Notes under the pieces: model-generated | Database searches by the model: none | Seen by the model: the letters and a program-made list of their open reading frames with translations, nothing else | What the model was told of the DNA's origin: nothing | Position numbers and translations under genes: made by a program | In this document: piece after piece, positions 58,957 to 60,297 of the stretch | Position numbering within the stretch: the stretch's first letter is position 1 | Layout of the letters: each line of letters begins with the position of its first letter | Assembly: GCA_964592365.1 (NCBI GenBank) | Contig: CAZQDL010000004.1 | Span: 1 to 60,297, forward strand | DNA: 60,297 nucleotides | Reading direction: 5' to 3' | From: an uncultured Candidatus Saccharibacteria bacterium | Lineage (GTDB): Bacteria > Patescibacteriota > Minisyncoccia > Phycocordibacterales > UBA1006

Positions 58957-59481
58957 ATGAAATCAAAAGGATTCACCTTAATTGAATTACTGGTAGTAGT
59001 AGCTATTATTGGAATATTAGCCACTGTGGTATTAGCATCATTAGGAAGCGCACGAAGCAGAGCAAGAGATGCGAAAATTAAAGCTACGCTTACTCAGATG
59101 AAGACAGCAGCTGAAATAGTGTATTTAGAGACTAACAGCTACAATGGTTTATGTGATCCCTTAACTAAGCCAGGGAAGATGTATGAAGATGCTTTTTTGA
59201 ACGGACCAGACCCTTCAGGTGTTGATGGCGGAAATAGTGGCTGGTGTACAACTACTAATCAATATAGAAGAGGTATAGCTAATGTTGCTTTATCATCTAC
59301 TATGATTCTAGGTGATTCTTTATCCTCAAATCCAAGTGGAAGTGTGTGGTTTGCTACTATAAAGATGAATGATGGTCAGTGGTTCTGTGTAGATTCTCTT
59401 GGAAACTCAATCATCTCATCAAGTAGGACGGTTAGCTCAGGTGGAGCTACTACAAATTATGATTTCAAATGCGGAGATTAG
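58957..59481 (+). CDS. type IV pilin-like protein P7 (family A variant, C-terminal DFKCGD)
   Basis: Prepilin N-terminus. Cys pattern [23 protein letters not shown]. The -10 TATACT ends 7 nt before ATG 58957, so the track ATG at 58951 would lie upstream of the predicted transcription start. Confidence 0.87.
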   Translation: MKSKGFTLIELLVVVAIIGILATVVLASLGSARSRARDAKIKATLTQMKTAAEIVYLETNSYNGLCDPLTKPGKMYEDAFLNGPDPSGVDGGNSGWCTTTNQYRRGIANVALSSTMILGDSLSSNPSGSVWFATIKMNDGQWFCVDSLGNSIISSSRTVSSGGATTNYDFKCGD

Positions 59482-59523
59482 TTATTGCTTTTATAGATAC
59501 TCATATTCTTATATAATCTATTT

Positions 59524-60129
59524 ATGAAATCAAAAGGATTCACCCTCATTGAATTACTCGTAGTTGTTGCCATCATTGGAATACTAGCCACTGTGGTATT
59601 GGCATCGTTAGGAAGTGCACGAAGTAGAGCGAGAGATGCAAGGAGAATGGCTGATATGAAAAACATACAAACTGCACTTGAATTATATTTCCTTGATAAT
59701 GGAAGTTATCCAAGTACTGGTTCTTTGAATACAACATATATGGATCTTACTTGTACTGGTGCATCAGCAATAGCGCCAGACTTAAAAACTTCAAATTGGA
59801 TTCCTAATCTAGTATCAGGTGGATATATTTCATCGTTACCACAAAATCCAAGTGGTGCAGGGTATGATTATGCAAGAAATATATCTCCTTCTAATGCATG
59901 TTATATGTATGCAAGTGATGGTGATGCATATATTTTGTCTGCATGGGCTTCTATTGAAAATGGACCTATTAGTACAAGTAGTTCCTTCTATTCAAGAGCA
60001 GGATTCAGAGAGAGTGTCTTTGGTGATCAAAGTTATCTTTGTAATCACGTTAATATTGGAAATGCAACTAGCGGTGACTATTATAGATACTCATTAACTG
60101 TAACCAATATATCAACCTGCACTTGGTAA
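59524..60129 (+). CDS. type IV pilin-like protein P8 (family [17 protein letters not shown])
   Basis: Prepilin N-terminus. TATAAT at 59512-59517 lies 6 nt upstream of the ATG. Confidence 0.88.
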   Translation: MKSKGFTLIELLVVVAIIGILATVVLASLGSARSRARDARRMADMKNIQTALELYFLDNGSYPSTGSLNTTYMDLTCTGASAIAPDLKTSNWIPNLVSGGYISSLPQNPSGAGYDYARNISPSNACYMYASDGDAYILSAWASIENGPISTSSSFYSRAGFRESVFGDQSYLCNHVNIGNATSGDYYRYSLTVTNISTCTW

Positions 60130-60157
60130 ACAACTTAATCTCATATATCATATTAAT

Positions 60158-60297
60158 ATGAAGCCTAAAGGATTCACCCTCATTGAATTACTCGTAGTTG
60201 TTGCTATCATTGGAATACTAGCAACGGTAGTGTTAGCATCACTTGGAAGCGCACGAGATCGTGCACGTGATGCACGAATTAAATCAACCCTCAATCA
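60158..60297 (+). CDS. type IV pilin-like protein P9 (partial, runs off the window)
   Basis: [46 protein letters not shown].. The ORF is still open at the window end. Confidence 0.8.
   Translation, partial: MKPKGFTLIELLVVVAIIGILATVVLASLGSARDRARDARIKSTLN

Overview
AT-rich, gene-dense chromosomal segment that looks like a small-genome Patescibacteria/CPR (Parcubacteria-like) bacterium. This is inferred from shortened housekeeping proteins, many [14 protein letters not shown]-type pilins and almost no Shine-Dalgarno motifs. The standard genetic code applies, since TGA is used as a stop.

Content, left to right:
- Core genes: rbfA-infB, a cysteine desulfurase, clpB, rpmG, an HTH-Fic gene, miaA, the mraZ-rsmH-ftsL-ftsI dcw head, and a HIT gene.
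- A Fur-family / CooC-MinD-like ATPase pair, a sortase, and several orphan membrane or secreted ORFs.
- A SAM-I riboswitch controlling a 60-aa ORF plus a short metK.
- A decayed islet at tRNA-Glu: two truncated serine-recombinase genes flanking an intact GHKL ATPase.
- More core genes: rmuC, an ExoX-like exonuclease, yqeY, MYG1, obg, gatB, pheST, rplY, a lytic transglycosylase, rpmE, prfA, the complete F1Fo ATP synthase operon, a MacAB-like ABC exporter, nth, a phosphohexomutase, YceI, rsmI, an S41 peptidase and rplI.
- Seven tRNA genes: Cys (partial), Trp, Tyr, Glu, Ile and two Leu.

Most notable observations:
1. Nine type IV pilin-like genes lie between 37.4 and 60.3 kb. Each has its own promoter and most have a terminator. 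They share a roughly 100-nt 5-prime module whose sequence variants track genomic neighbourhood rather than C-terminal family.
2. Two 82-nt tRNA-Leu genes differ at only two bases, one of which changes the anticodon (AAG versus GAG). They are interleaved with pilin genes.
3. TGnTAnAnT-type -10 boxes sit 6-9 nt upstream of many ATG codons, which points to widespread leaderless mRNAs.
4. Large perfect palindromes sit on the promoters of the HTH-Fic gene and the Fur-family gene.

No CRISPR array, rRNA or intact mobile element was seen.
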